Below are positions 38,463 to 62,922 of a stretch of 64,000 nt of DNA, piece after piece. Numbering within the stretch: the first letter of the stretch is position 1; each line of letters starts with the position of its first letter. The notes beneath the pieces were generated by a model that saw only the letters and a program-made list of their open reading frames with translations, made no database searches and was not told where the DNA came from. Made by a program: the position numbers and the translations under genes. The stretch is from the human T2T-CHM13v2.0 reference genome, Homo sapiens. Where the stretch lies: the NCBI RefSeq assembly GCF_009914755.1, contig NC_060931.1; one strand, 5' to 3'.

Positions 38463-39214
38463 TTATTCCTTCCAGCTGGGGCTGGCCGGAGAGCAGGGGA
38501 CAGTGAGCTATGGCTAGCGAGGCAGTGCTGTTTGGGTCTTACCCCAGGCTCTGGGGGTGGGTGGGGCTGATCCACTGATGTCAGGACCCCCCTCCAAGAC
38601 AGCTAGATGTGTCTTTGGCTGCAGCGCCTGAGCCCAGCCTGCAGAACTGGCGGGCAGGAGAGAAGGAGAAAGGGGATGTGGGGTAACCGGGCAAGGCTGC
38701 CCTTCCCTTGTACTTGGACAGTCTCCTCCTCGCAGAGAATCTGCATCTCCAGCTACCCATCCGCCACCACCATATCCCTAAAGCTCAGAGAGGCTGAAGT
38801 GGGGAGATCTAGGCTCCCTTCCCGGCTCCTCCCATGCTCCAGCCCAGCTGTGAGCAGAGAGCAGGCATCAGACACTGAGGCCAGCCTCTGGTTGTCCCAA
38901 GTTCTTTCAATGGCTTTGCTTCTGGCCTGAACATCCTCCCATCTGCACCTTCGTGAGTCCAGCTGGGCTCCCAGAAGCCTAGGATAAGACCAGTGTGGAC
39001 GCCAGCCCTGCCCACGGGGCAGGAGCTTTCCTGGTTGCTCCAGACCAGTGTCTGGGTGCCGATAAACAAGGCAGACAAGAGCCCCAATTTAGTAGCCTCA
39101 CTCTGTGCCTGAACAGAGTCTTCTGTCTCCTTCTTGGAACCTGCACACAAACGGTGCCTCTCTGATCAAGGAGAAATTGGTGTTTCTGGATTCGAGACCC
39201 TCTCTTACTATAAA

Positions 39215-40500
39215 TATTTATTTTTTTTTTGAGACAGGGTCTCAACAGGGACTCTGTTGCCCAGGCTGGAGTGCAGTGGCGCGATCGGCTCGCTGCAACC
39301 TACACCTTCTGGTTCAAGTGATTCTCCTGCCTCAGCCTCCTGAATAGCTAGGACTACAGGTGTGTGCCACCACACTCAGCTAATTTTTGTATTTTTAGTA
39401 GAGACAGGGTTTTGCCATGTTGGCCAGGCTGGTCTGGAACTGCTGGCTTCAAGTGATCTGCCCGCCTTGGTCTCCCAAAGTGCTGGGATTACAGGCATGA
39501 GCCACCATGTCTGGCTCTTTTTTTTTTTTCTTTTTTTGAGACAGAGTCTCTTTCTGTCACCCAGGCTAGAGTGCAGTGGGTTGATCCCTCGGCTTGCTGC
39601 AAGCTTTGCCTCCCTGGCTCAAGTGATTCTCATGCCTCAGCCTCCCAAGTAGCTGGGATTACAGGTGTGTGCCACCACAACCAGGTAATTTTTGTATTAT
39701 TGGTAGAGACAAGGTTTTGCTAGGTTGCCCAGGCTGGTCTTGAACTTCTGGCCTCCAGTGATCTGCCCACTTCAGCCTCCCAAAGTGCTGGGATTACAGG
39801 CATGAGCTGCTGCACCCGGCCAGACCCTCTCTTACCTTTTCTGGGCTTGGCCATCTCTCTCCCGTCCTTCACTGTGGGGACAGAACTACCTCTCAGGCAT
39901 CTGGAAGGCGAGGGGGATGCTTTGTAACGCATCGTGCCCCCTGTGGAACTGAGGATTAATTCTTACTTTGGTGTAAATAACTGAGGGGGAAGTAAGGAGT
40001 TGCTGCCCTGGGAGGGTGAACCTGGTTTTAGCCCTGGGTTGGCCACCATTCAAATGTGTGATTGTGGCCGTGAGCCACTTAACATCCAGATATCTTTTCT
40101 AATCTGTACGAAGAAAGGGCTGAGTGAGATCATTCTAAGATCCTTCTTGTCTTTACAACTGTATGGGAGATTTGCTTTTTTGTTGTTTTTTGTTTTGTTT
40201 TGTTTTGTTTTTTTAGAGAGAGAAAGAGAGTTTTGCTCTGTTGCCCAGACTGGAGTGCAGTGGCAATAGTCATAGCTCACTGCAGCCTTGACCTCCTTAG
40301 CTCAAGCAATCCTCCCACCTCAGCCTCTCGAATAGCCGGGACTACAGGTGCGCACCACCATGCATGGCTAGTTTTAATTTTTTTTTTAGAGATGGGGTCT
40401 CACTAGGTTGCCCCACCTAGTCTCAAACTCCTGGGCTCAAGTGATCCTCCGGCCTCAGCTCCCAAAGTGCTGTGATTATAGGCATAAGCTAGTGCACCTG
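39215..40500 (-). mobile_element. Antisense Alus (39215-39513, 39517-39822, 40175-40500) with a MIR at ~40010-40160
   Basis: Alu consensus; MIR core motif. Confidence 0.9.
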
Positions 40501-41250
40501 GTGAGATTTGCTTTTTAATATAAGAGTACAAATTACAGCTGTCTTTTCTCAGCCATGCAGTCTAATCCCACATTCTCTAACCAGTTCAGGGGCCCAGGAG
40601 ACGGCTTTGATCATTCGTGTCTTAAGGGCCAAACAACTGAGGTTCAGAGAGCCGAAAAACTTTCTCAGGGTCACACAGCGTGTCGGGGGCAGGGCCCAGA
40701 GAGATGACTAGGCCTTAAGCTATTAGGCAACCACTGTAAAATCCTGCACAGAGGCCGTCATGTTGTTCGAAGGCATTTTAAAGAACTATTCGGGGCAGCA
40801 ATACACAGAAAGTCTCCCTAAGAAAGAGCCAGATCGTGTTTGGGTGATTTCCCAGGCTGGAAAATCCAGGCAAGTGGAAGAAAAAATTCATCCTTGGTGA
40901 AGGTCGGTGCCTGGTAAGGGGAGGGGCCTTGTCGAGTGCTCCTCGGATTACCATGGCAACTGCCTCCTGCCAGGAAAGGTGTGATCCTGAGTCTGACCCT
41001 GAGACTCAAGGAGTCTCCTTCACTTGCCCCGTGATTCTTCCCTTCCTGTCTCCTTCACCCATCCCATCTCCCGCCTGAGCTGACATCACTGCCCTAGGGA
41101 AGCTGAGCCCAGGCTGCCAAATGCCACCAAGCAGGTAGCTTCCGTGTGAGCGCAGTATTCCCCAGAGATGTGGATGGATCTCCTTCACCTGTTCCTCCGT
41201 TGGGTGTCTAGGAACCTGGGCAATGGGGCTCTGACACCTGCCTGCCCATC

Positions 41251-41616
41251 TGTATTGGTCCGTTTTCACGTTGCTGATAAAGACATACCCAAGATTGGGC
41301 AATTTACAGAAAAAAAGAGGTTTAATGGACTTACAGCTCCACGTGGCTGGGGGAGCCTCACAATCACTGCGAGGTGACTTGCTCCTCCTTGCCTTCCGCC
41401 ATGATTGTGAGACTTCCCCAGCCACGAGAGAGCTTGTGCTGGGTGCAGGGAAACTCCCACTTATATAATCATCAGATCTCGCGAGACTTACTCACTATCA
41501 CGAGAATGGCATGAGAAAGACCTGCCCCATGATTCAATTAGCTCCCACTGGGTCCCTCCCACAACATGTGGGAATTCAAGATGAGATTTGGGTGAGGACA
41601 CAGCCAAACCATTTCA
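41251..41616 (-). mobile_element. THE1A-like MaLR solo LTR with an internal inversion
   Basis: Termini tgtattggtccgttttcac...cagccaaaccatttca, 5-bp TSD CCATC on both sides; segment 41374-41426 is in the opposite orientation. Confidence 0.88.
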
Positions 41617-41656
41617 CCATCTCTTGCCCATCTTGATCCCAGGGGATAGAAGATAG

Positions 41657-44525
<2,869 letters not shown>

Positions 44526-44872
44526 AAGAGAACCAGGTTGACAGACAAGCACAGACACATACACACACACACACACACACACACCCCCGTGTTCTTGCAT
44601 GTTTTTGCTCCAGCAGGGGGACATGTGGAGTGGTCTTCCTTTTGCTCCCCTCTCATGCTCCTTCCCCAGCAGCAGGGCCCTGACTCTCTCTATAAGCCCC
44701 TTTATGTTTTTTCTGGACTTAGTGGAAATGGGAAACAGCTGCTGGGGGCTGCAGGGAGAAGCAGTTCCCATGCACAGTAAGGAAGCCTCACCAGATGGCT
44801 GATCTTGATCTTGGACTTCCCAGCCCCCAGAGCTGTGAGGAAATAAACTTCTGTTCTTTATAAATTACCCAG

Positions 44873-45238
44873 TGTATTAGCCTGTCTTCACACTGCTATA
44901 AAGATACTACCTCAGACTGGGTAATTGACGAAGAAAAGAGGCCCAACTGACTCACAACTCTACATGGCTGGGGAGGCCTCAGGAAACTTACAATCATGGT
45001 GGAAGGCAAAGGGGAAGCAAGGCGTGTCTTCACAAGGCAGCAGGAGAGAGAATGTGTGCAGGGGGAACTGCCACTTTTTAAACCATCAGATCTCATAAGA
45101 ACTCCTTCACTATCACAAAAACAGCACGGGGAGACCACCCCCATGATCCAGTCACCTCCCACCGTGTCCCTCCCTTGATACATGGGGATTACAATTCGAG
45201 ATGAGATTTGGGTGGGGACACAGAGCCAAACCATATTA
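44873..45238 (-). mobile_element. THE1D/MSTA-like MaLR solo LTR inserted into an older MST/MLT1A 3' fragment
   Basis: tgtattagcctgtcttcacactgctataaag...gacacagagccaaaccatatta; degenerate 5-bp TSD cccag/cccta. Confidence 0.85.
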
Positions 45239-45599
45239 CCCTATCTCAGGTATTTGGTTCTCATAATGCAAAATAGACTGAGACAGGTGGATATACAAAA
45301 AGTGATCCCATCCAGGGTGCTAAATTCTGTAAGCCAGTTGTGTACAGGGTGCATGGCAATTGGTGGGAAGGTGGGTGCCTAAGTGCCCTTGGGGTGGTCA
45401 AGGAAGGCTTCCTGAAAGAGGTGGTGCTAGCTGACCAATGCAGGTGTGAGGGAGGGTTGGGAGCCATTTCTAGATGAGAGTACAAGACTGGTAAAGGCTT
45501 AGGAGAGCAAGAGGTGCACAGAGCATGGCAAGTAGGCCACAGCAGCAGCACATAGGGTGACAAGGTTGGATTGGCATTTGAGGACAATTAAGAGAACAC

Positions 45600-48745
<3,146 letters not shown>

Positions 48746-49079
48746 TCATTAGATCTTGCTGGGGGGAAGATGCTTTGGCCTGTGGTCCAGCCATGGTGCA
48801 AGACCCATCAACCTTGAATAAGGGTTGGATGTGGAGGCAGAGAGGGAGAAAAACAGACTCTGCCAGCCAAGTCAACAGAACCCCCAGGGTTATAGACAGA
48901 CTTTGTCCATGCCCAGTCATGGCCCAGGCACTTGCTTTCATATCATTGAGAATGGGTGCCCCAGAGAAGAATCTTATGAATCTTATGATTTGTGAGTGTG
49001 TGGCATGGCCTTTGATGCCAGCTTTCTAAGAGCCAGGTGGAGCAAGAGTGCTGAGATAGTTCCCACTCAGTATCCATAG

Positions 49080-55191
<6,112 letters not shown>

Positions 55192-56139
55192 TACCTTTTT
55201 ATTTCTTTATCAGCCCTTTCCTGAGAGGAAACAGAAGGGAACCTGTGTTCAATCCACCATGTTTAACTAGAAAACCACATCCCTGTATCATGTGTCTTTG
55301 GTGAAGTCCTGCCTGGTCCCAGAGTCAGAAAACTGTATATATTCCTCTAGTTGTTTGAATGTTCAGTGTTTATACCTCAGTCTTCAATCTGTTTTATGCA
55401 TCAGAGGTACTGACAAGGTTTTATGGAGGAGAAAGAGTTCTATTCCTTAACAAATGCTTATAAATCACTGATTTGGGCCAGCCAGGGGTAGAAGGGAGGG
55501 AAGGAGGGAGAGGGGCCCTCTGCTAGGCCACATGTCACTGAGGAGCAGCGAGTAGGGTGTTGCCCCCTCTTGACCCGAGACTGAGCACCCTGAGGGTACA
55601 GCCTCGACCACCTATTCCCAGGGTCCTGAGACTCCCCCCAACTCCCCGTGGTTTCTCCCCAAACATCTATTGCAGAGGAATCGCCCTTTGTTTTTTGTTT
55701 TTTTTTTTAAGGACAGGGAACATTTCAAGGTGATTTGCGTTCGATGACAAAGACGGGGATAGCTCCAAGAACAAGGGGGAGGCTGACAGTGTCGGGGGGC
55801 CGTGGACTGTGCGTGTGGGCTGCAGCTCTCACCTCTCCCAAGCAGGATCGTGGTCAGCCCCAGCACGCAGAGTGGGAGCTATTCAGTTACCCAAATACCT
55901 CTTAGGCATCTGTTTAACAGTGATGGGGATGTGCAGGGTCAGGCTTTGAAATGAGCTGAAGAAAGAGACTTTAGGCATCCCCTGACTTCTAGAGCAATAA
56001 AAGCTCTTTAGAACAGCTTTGAACCATCTATTTCATCATTAAAGAGCTCCAGGTCTCGGGCCTCGGGGGAGACAGACATAAAAAGGTAATTACAGCCCAG
56101 AGAGATGTGCTCTTGGGCGGGGTCAGCATCACAAGGCTC

Positions 56140-56890
56140 CTAATTGGCCTTCCGGGCTCCAGTCCCTCCCACTTCCATCCACTGCACACTCTGCTGCCAG
56201 AGTGAGCATCTACAAATGCAAACTTGACCTCGAATTTCACCCGCCTAAGACCCTCCAGTGACCTACAGACACTGCCACAGCCCTTCCCAGGCCCCTGGTG
56301 TTAGAGATCCTTGACCTTTCCAGCCTTGGCAGTCCTCAAGTGTGTTCTGAGTTGGCCAACCTGCCCTGTTCTCACTCCCCTCCCAGCCTCAGAAAATGTA
56401 CTCTTTCAGAATGCATTCCTTTTTCTTTTAGAATGCATTTGCTCTTCTCTCTGCTGAACCTGGCCAGCTATTGTGCATTTCTCAGGTCTCATCTTTGATG
56501 CCACTGCCTCCAGGACGTCCTCCTTGATTGTCCCCCTGATTGGACTGGCTTTGGCATCCCCTTCCTACCCTGTGTCTATTAGCCCAACTCCTTCCCCAGA
56601 CTCTGGTTCTCAAAGTCAGGGGCCCACCTCACTATCTGTTCATCAATTGTCAGATATTTTTTGAGTCTCTGCTTTGTGCCAGTCACTGAGATTCATGGGT
56701 GAACACAATAGAAAAAGACCCCTGCCTTCATTGTGCTCACCAGCTCATGGCATCACCTTGTCTGAATAAACAGACAGTATAGTGTACTGCGCGTGCTCAG
56801 AAGGGAGGCTCAGTGGTCCAGCAGGCTGCATGGAGGAGGGGGCTCTGAGGGTAAGGCTTTGAAGGATGAATAGGAGTTTTCCAGGCAAAA
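56140..56890. mobile_element. L2 fragments upstream of the 62-nt exon
   Basis: ggctcctaattggccttcc...gccagagtgagcatctacaaatgcaaa; atgccactgcctccaggac; tttgaaggatgaataggagtt. Confidence 0.6.
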
Positions 56891-57002
56891 TGACTGGAGA
56901 TTTCTCTGCTTGCCTGCCTGCCCAGAGGCTATCCTGGTGACTGGGCTGCTGTCTTCCTAGGGTCTACACTCTGCTCTCATATAAGTTCCTCTTCTCTTTC
57001 AG

Positions 57003-57064
57003 AATGCATGAACTGCACCCGGCTCAGTGACATGAGTGAGCGACTGACCACACTGGAGGCCAAG
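57003..57064 (+). CDS. COL26A1: COL26A1 internal coding exon (62 nt, probably exon 4); phase 1 start, phase 0 end; encodes (E)CMNCTRLSDMSERLTTLEAK
   Basis: Polypyrimidine tract ttcctcttctctttcAG ends at 57002 and the donor is AAG|GTCAGT at 57065. The translation matches the human COL26A1/EMID2 segment just after the EMI domain, as I recall it, and joins in frame to the next exon. Confidence 0.96.
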
Positions 57065-58317
57065 GTCAGTCGGGCTGGGGAGTCTGGGCCTGGGGAGCTG
57101 CCTGGGGACCTTGGGTGGTGGAGGGAGGCATCAGGCAACCACTGAGTGTGGCCGTGGAATTCCCAGCCCTGGGTTTCCAAGCAGGCTTGGACAGCCGGTC
57201 CCAGGTACTGGGTACTGTTCAGGCCTTGGTGGCTCTGGGTGGCCTTCTTGGGCTGGGAGGTCCCGGGCAGCAGGCTGGTTTTGGGCAGGTCAGAATGGTG
57301 CTGAGCTCCCAGGACCCGGGGGCTGGGAGGCTGGACACCCAGAAGACAGTGGAAAGAGGAGGGAGTCTCTGTCCCTCCAGGGCCACTGTTCCCACCTCCA
57401 GAATGGGGCTGGGCACAGAGGAACCGATGGGAAAAGACTCCGTGGAGGAGGAACTGCTGGGAAGTGACCAGCTTTTGGCCCAGTCTATAAGAACAGGACT
57501 CCCTAAGTGGAGTCAACCCAGAGGCAGAAGGAATCCACAAAGGACAAGTAATTTACCTGGCAGTGACCCCAGGCAGCACTGGGCAGGGAGAGAGGCCAAG
57601 AAGGGTATGCCCAGTACAGGTGTGTTCATGGGCAGGTGACCTGTGGGAGCACCTGGGGCTCCATCCCACGCTCCCTCTGGGAGACGGTGGTTTTGAGAAC
57701 GTTTCAGGGGCAGCCACCTTAGGGCGATGAAGCCAGGCATCTCTCCTGCTCCTCACTGGGTAACACTTACCCGAGGGTACCTCTGTCTCAGCAGGCTCAT
57801 GCCAGCTCCTGTGGCTGGAGAAAGCCCTTGGCAGAGTTGCAGGTGGCCACAGGCAAAAGCCAAAGCCAGGTGGGGCTGAAGGGTGCGTGTGGGGCGCCAA
57901 CAGTGTCTGCCCCGATGGGGACAAGCCCCGTTCTCACCCAGAGGGCTTGGTAAGCAGGCTCTGGTGTTTAGCCAGAGGGGCTCGACCTGAGGGAGGACAG
58001 GTCTGGAGGGATGAGGCAGCCTCCAAATATCTACAAAGCCTCTTGGGACAGCAGGGTTGGCTGCACTGCCTGGCCCCCCAGGGGAGAGCCAGCACCAGGA
58101 GGCTGGAATCACCTGAGCCTGAGGCAGAGCTCTCTCCGGGGAAGAACTGTGGTGACCAGAGCACGTGGCATTGTCCAGAGAGAGTGTGTGAACAGGGCCA
58201 CGTGGCAGGGAGGCTGGGTGAGGACCAGGGACCTGAGACGGTGGGGCTGGAGCCCCAGGCAGCAAGAACCCCTAGAAGAGAGCAGGGCCAGGGTCAGCCA
58301 TGCCTCCACCCAGAAGA

Positions 58318-58635
58318 GCACACATACACACGCATGCATACCCACATAATACATGTGCACACACATGCACACATAGGCACCTGTGCACACACATCTGTGT
58401 GCATGTGGAGACACACATACATATATACACATACAGACACACACATTTGCACATGTGCACACAGACACATGCACACACACAAAAACAGGGACACACATAT
58501 GTAATACCCATGGTCACATGCACGGATACTCAGGCATACATACACACACACACAAGCATGCATGTCAATGGGCACACATACATATACACACACACACACA
58601 CACATGACACAACTGTGCACACATTAACACACACA
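58318..58635. repeat. Degenerate (CA)/(CATG)-rich array
   Basis: Seen directly. Confidence 0.9.
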
Positions 58636-59959
58636 GCCCTTGACAACTCCACATTACCCTTGGCCCTGACTTCCGCCCTGGGGGTTGCAGGTGAGTGTGG
58701 CTTGGAGTCAGACATTTGTGGGACCACCACCCGCCAGCTGGGTGACTCTCTCAGAGCCCCCTTCCTCATCTGTAGAATGGATCAGAGCATCAGCCCTGCA
58801 GGGCTGTTGAGAGCCTCCAGGGAGATGGCAGTGGGAACCGGCTTTGGAAATGGTCTAATGCTGACCAGGAGTCAAGGATTAGTGCTGTCACCCACGCCAG
58901 CCACGTCACTGTTCCCGCCTTACAGATATGAACACAGGTGTGCGGGAGACATCTGTGCAGAGCAATGACGGGGAGCCCCACGGCATGCATTCGCGGCTTC
59001 CCTTGTCCTCCAGCCCTTCCATGGGCGGGCAGGGTCTCCCAGCAGCCCAGGCCCCTGGGCACAGGCCTGGGATGGGAGAGACCCAGCTGCTCTCCTTGGA
59101 GTCTTAGCTCTTGTGGGGCAGGATTGGAGGGCTCCAGGGAGCAAATGTTTCCACATGGGCTGAGCCGGGGCCAGGACCCCCTAGAATGAGTATAGGGGAA
59201 GATGTTGAGCCGGTAAGCTTCTGGCACCTGAGATTTTAGAAAAGGCAGGGTCCCCGAGCCATGCCCAGCCTGATGGACATTTTCCTAGTACCGGAAGCCT
59301 CTGTGTGGTTTGGCACAGAGCAGCAGCCCTGGCCTCAGCCCAGTATTGTGGGTGTTAAAAGTCGCAGCTCTAGGGTAGGATGGCCACATTGCCAGCTGTC
59401 CCCCACCCACCTGGCCCACATCCTCCCATCATGAGCAATTCCTCCCTGTGGTCTTCCCGGCCCTGACACCCTCTCCACCAAGGGCCCCAGCTCCATGGCC
59501 TCCAGCAGCAGGCCCGGGGCAGAGCTTTGTCCTGTGACCCTGAGTGAGAGGACTGTGTCCTCTCTGTGTGCCTCGAGGGCTGGAGGGAGGGACAGCAGTG
59601 TGTGGGAGGAGCCCAGGCCAAGATTCCCACCCTTCCTCCACTCCATCTTGGCCAGCCCTTCCCTCTGGATCTCAGTCGGATGGCCTGGAAAATGGAAATT
59701 GGAGTCACTTCGTTTTGAGGCTGGTCCAGAGTGGGGAAGCTCAGGCAGCTCTCGAGTGGGGAGCTGGGGTTGGTAGCTTGGGCCTGGAGTGTGCAGAGAT
59801 GGGGTAGCTCTGCAGCCCCCGTCCTTTTGACAGTTGTCTGCATTTCTAAGTAGGGGCTGGGAGACTCCTATCTTAGCTCCCCCGTCTTGTCTGGAGCACC
59901 TTCTGGCCGCCCACCTGCCCACTCCATGCCCACGTATGTTGAGAGGGCCTCTAGGAGGT

Positions 59960-60240
59960 TTTTTTAGACAAGGTCTCGTGCTATCTCAGTGTGGTGGCGT
60001 GATCTCAGCTCACTGCAACCTCTGCCTCCTGGGACAGGTTCAAGTGATTCTCCCGCCTCAGCCTCCTGAGTAGTTGGGATTACAGGTGTGATCCACCACA
60101 TCCGGCTAATTTTTGTATTTTTAGTAGAGACGGGGTTTCCCTATGTTGGCCAGGCTGGTCTCAAACTCCTGACCTCAAGTGATCTGCTCGCCTTGGCCTC
60201 CCAGTGTTGGGACTACAGGCATGAGCCACTGTGCCTGGCC
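59960..60240 (-). mobile_element. Alu
   Basis: Alu consensus with small deletions. Confidence 0.92.
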
Positions 60241-60599
60241 CCACTGGCAGCTTTGATGGCCCAGATCAGAGGGCCCTGAGAGGCAGCGGCCTGGAGAGGG
60301 GAAGGGAACACCAGCTGGGCTAGTTGCCAAGACAGCCCAGCGGCACCAGAGGCCATGCCGAGGTCAGGCGAGTCTGCAGGAGCCAGGACACGGAGCTGGG
60401 TTTTCAGCTTAGATCAGAGGCTAGGGGTCAGCCAGGGCAGAGGCTGGGATCCTAGCAGGGTGAAGGCAGAGCCAGGACAGGAGCCAGGCAGGCAGATCCC
60501 AGACAGGGAAGCAGAAATCAGATGGCTTGCATAAAACAGCAGCAACCCAGAGCCTGGACACTGGGGCTTCTGCTCCCTTAGACAAGAAGTCTGCTTTGG

Positions 60600-61060
60600 T
60601 ATGTCGGGAAGGAGGCAAATGAGAGAAACCTGGCCAATGGTAGCTTATTCCATAAGGACATTTATTGTTTATTCCACAAGAAGTCCAGGAGCAGAGGTGG
60701 TCTCGGGATTGGTTTGGTGTCCAAGGAAGCCAGGCTCTTCGCTGACTTCTTAGTGAGCTGGTTGATGCCTCATGATTATAAAGTGGCTGCTGCAGCTCCA
60801 GGCATCACATCCTCACCTTGTATGTAAAGGCAGGAAGTGGAGGGTGAGGTGAAGCACCCAAACAGACTCCTTACGTTTCATGAGCCTGTGCTGGGGCAAT
60901 GTGACCACCTCCTGGTTGCAAGGGAGCTGGGAAACTGAGTACCTGGCCAAACAGAAAGGGATGGCTCTGCCTGGCTCAGGCTGGTCCTGATTCCTTTCCT
61001 GGGTCACATGTACAGAGTCACAAGAGGGAGTTCTGGGGCAAGAGAAGAAGGGGCATTGGG
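60600..61060 (-). mobile_element. Old MLT1 (J/K-like) MaLR LTR fragment
   Basis: acaagaagtccagg..., gtggctgctgcagctccaggcatcacatcctca, tgcaagggagctgggaaactgagta. Confidence 0.6.
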
Positions 61061-62908
61061 GGCCAGGCAACCCACAGAGTCTGCTCCATCTGCTCTCCCA
61101 CTGGTGCAGACCTAGAAGCTGGTCCAGGATTTCTGCCACCCTCTATTCCTGGGACAGGCTGGCAGGCAGAAGGCCAGCAGGGTACCGGGGAAGATTCCTG
61201 CTTGCCCTCCCCTCTCCTGCCCCGGGCTTTACTCTCTGACCTCATGGACCACAAACAGTACACAAGAGTCACAGAAGCCTCAGAGTCCCAGCAGTCTCTG
61301 GTGCAGAGGGCAGTGTCCCGGCTAGTCTGCCAGGCCACAATGACATCATCAGGGCCACTGCCCCCGAAGGCCGTGGCCTGGTTTTCTTGGCCCCACGCCC
61401 ATGGCTGCCCACCCGGGTGAGCTCATGCCTGGACAGAAATGGGATCAGTTTCTCCAGGTCAGACACAGCCAGGCCAGGAGGGCTGAGACGCTGGCAGGGG
61501 CAGATTCCAACCAGGGCTCCTCTGCCCAGGTCTGCAGGCTCTGTGGGCAGGGGTGTCCCAGTGGGAGGTGCCCCATGAAGGAGAGAGCTAGGCCTTTTGT
61601 ACTGGCTGGCAGGTCACTTCGGGGGAAGCCAGAGCTTTGCCCAGAATGGGGAACACTAGAGGTTGCCTGTAGGAGGCCAAGGCGGGACCCCTCCCCAGAT
61701 CTCTCCAGGCTTCACCCTGCTCCCTCCTCCTCCACCCTAGCCTCCCCACACCATCCCTGCCTCCTCTCATGGTCCTCTACCTCCACTTCCCAGCCCTTGG
61801 GACCACCCCCTGTTAAATATGGCCATCTGAGTTCCCCTTGGGATACTGCAACCCACCCCCGCCAACTTATCACCTTCACTCCCAAGCCTGCCCCTCTCCC
61901 GTGCCCTTGTTCGACTGGGGGCATTTCTACTATTCCCAGCAGCCAGGCCTGAAAGGGGAGACACACTCCAACCTTCACCCCACCTCCTGCCCCCAGCCCC
62001 AGGAGCACCAGGGCCTGACGCTCCTCCAAATCCCCTGCGCTGGCCATCCCAGGCCCCTTCCATCACGTGACCTGACAGCCACCGTCTTCTTGCTCCTCTC
62101 CAGAGCCCCTAAACTTGGCTGTGGCCCGTCAGCTTCTCTAGGGGTGCCAGTGGCTGGGGCAGGAATCGGAACCCTTCTCTCCTCCTGGAGATTCAGGAGA
62201 ACGGGGTCCACCCTTCACTGCCGTGTGATCTGAGCCAGCTGTCCCCGCTCTCTGTGCCTCCACGAAGCTCAGCCGGGGTTGAGACAGAACTGTTGGGAGG
62301 ATAAACTGTGGTTTGGTGGATGAGGCACCACTAGGGGCCCCGGCCTCACCGCCCATTTGCTGGGTGATCTCAGGCAAGTCACTTGCAGTCTCTGAGCCTC
62401 TGTCTCCACCTCATTTGTGATGTCGCCGCAGTGACCCTCCCAGTTTCATGGACCCTTCTAAGGACCAGAAAGGGGAGGGGCTGAAAGAATTGGCTCTGGG
62501 GGGTTAAGGGGCCCTGGGCCAGGCATCCAGGCCATCGGAGGACTGTGTCCCATAGAGGGGTGGAGGGGGAGCCCGTTCTGCAGCCCACAGCAGGGCCTGA
62601 GCCCAGGGGGCCCAGCCAGAACCCTGGGTGCAGGGTCAGAGCCCTGAGCAGCCGCTAAGTGCACCCTGGAGACACCCCTGCTGGGGAGGAGCCCAGAGCA
62701 GGCCACTTTGTCCCCAGGGATCCCAGGACTGTCCCCCAGGCCCAGGGGCACTGCAGAACTGGTGAGGGAGCTACTCAGGCAGACCATCTGCCTGTGCACC
62801 ATGGACTCTCAGCTCAGCCCAGCAGGTCCTTCACGCCCCTCGGCCCCAGGACCCACCCAAGTTCCCAGCAGGGATCTCCACCCACCCTGAGCCTATTTCT
62901 GGCACACA

Positions 62909-62922
62909 GCGCCCCCTGCTGG
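62909..62922 (-). promoter_or_regulatory. CTCF core motif (consensus match)
   Basis: Minus strand reads ggCCAGCAGGGGGCGCtg, a perfect match to CCASYAGRKGGCRS in unique sequence. Binding itself is inferred. Confidence 0.75.

Noticed and set aside
39934-39947. Weaker CTCF-like matches (here, ~44610, ~55513, ~62327)
   Set aside because: Two or more mismatches or an indel in the core; not reportable without ChIP data.
57111-57639. 174-aa and 118-aa ORFs just after the 62-nt exon
   Set aside because: GC-rich intronic sequence with no recognisable domain. Read-through of the exon frame stops at TGA 57143-57145.
58109-58968. His/Thr- and Cys/Val-rich ORFs
   Set aside because: Translations of the degenerate (CA)n array; the same applies at 25.5-26 kb and 29.0-29.4 kb.
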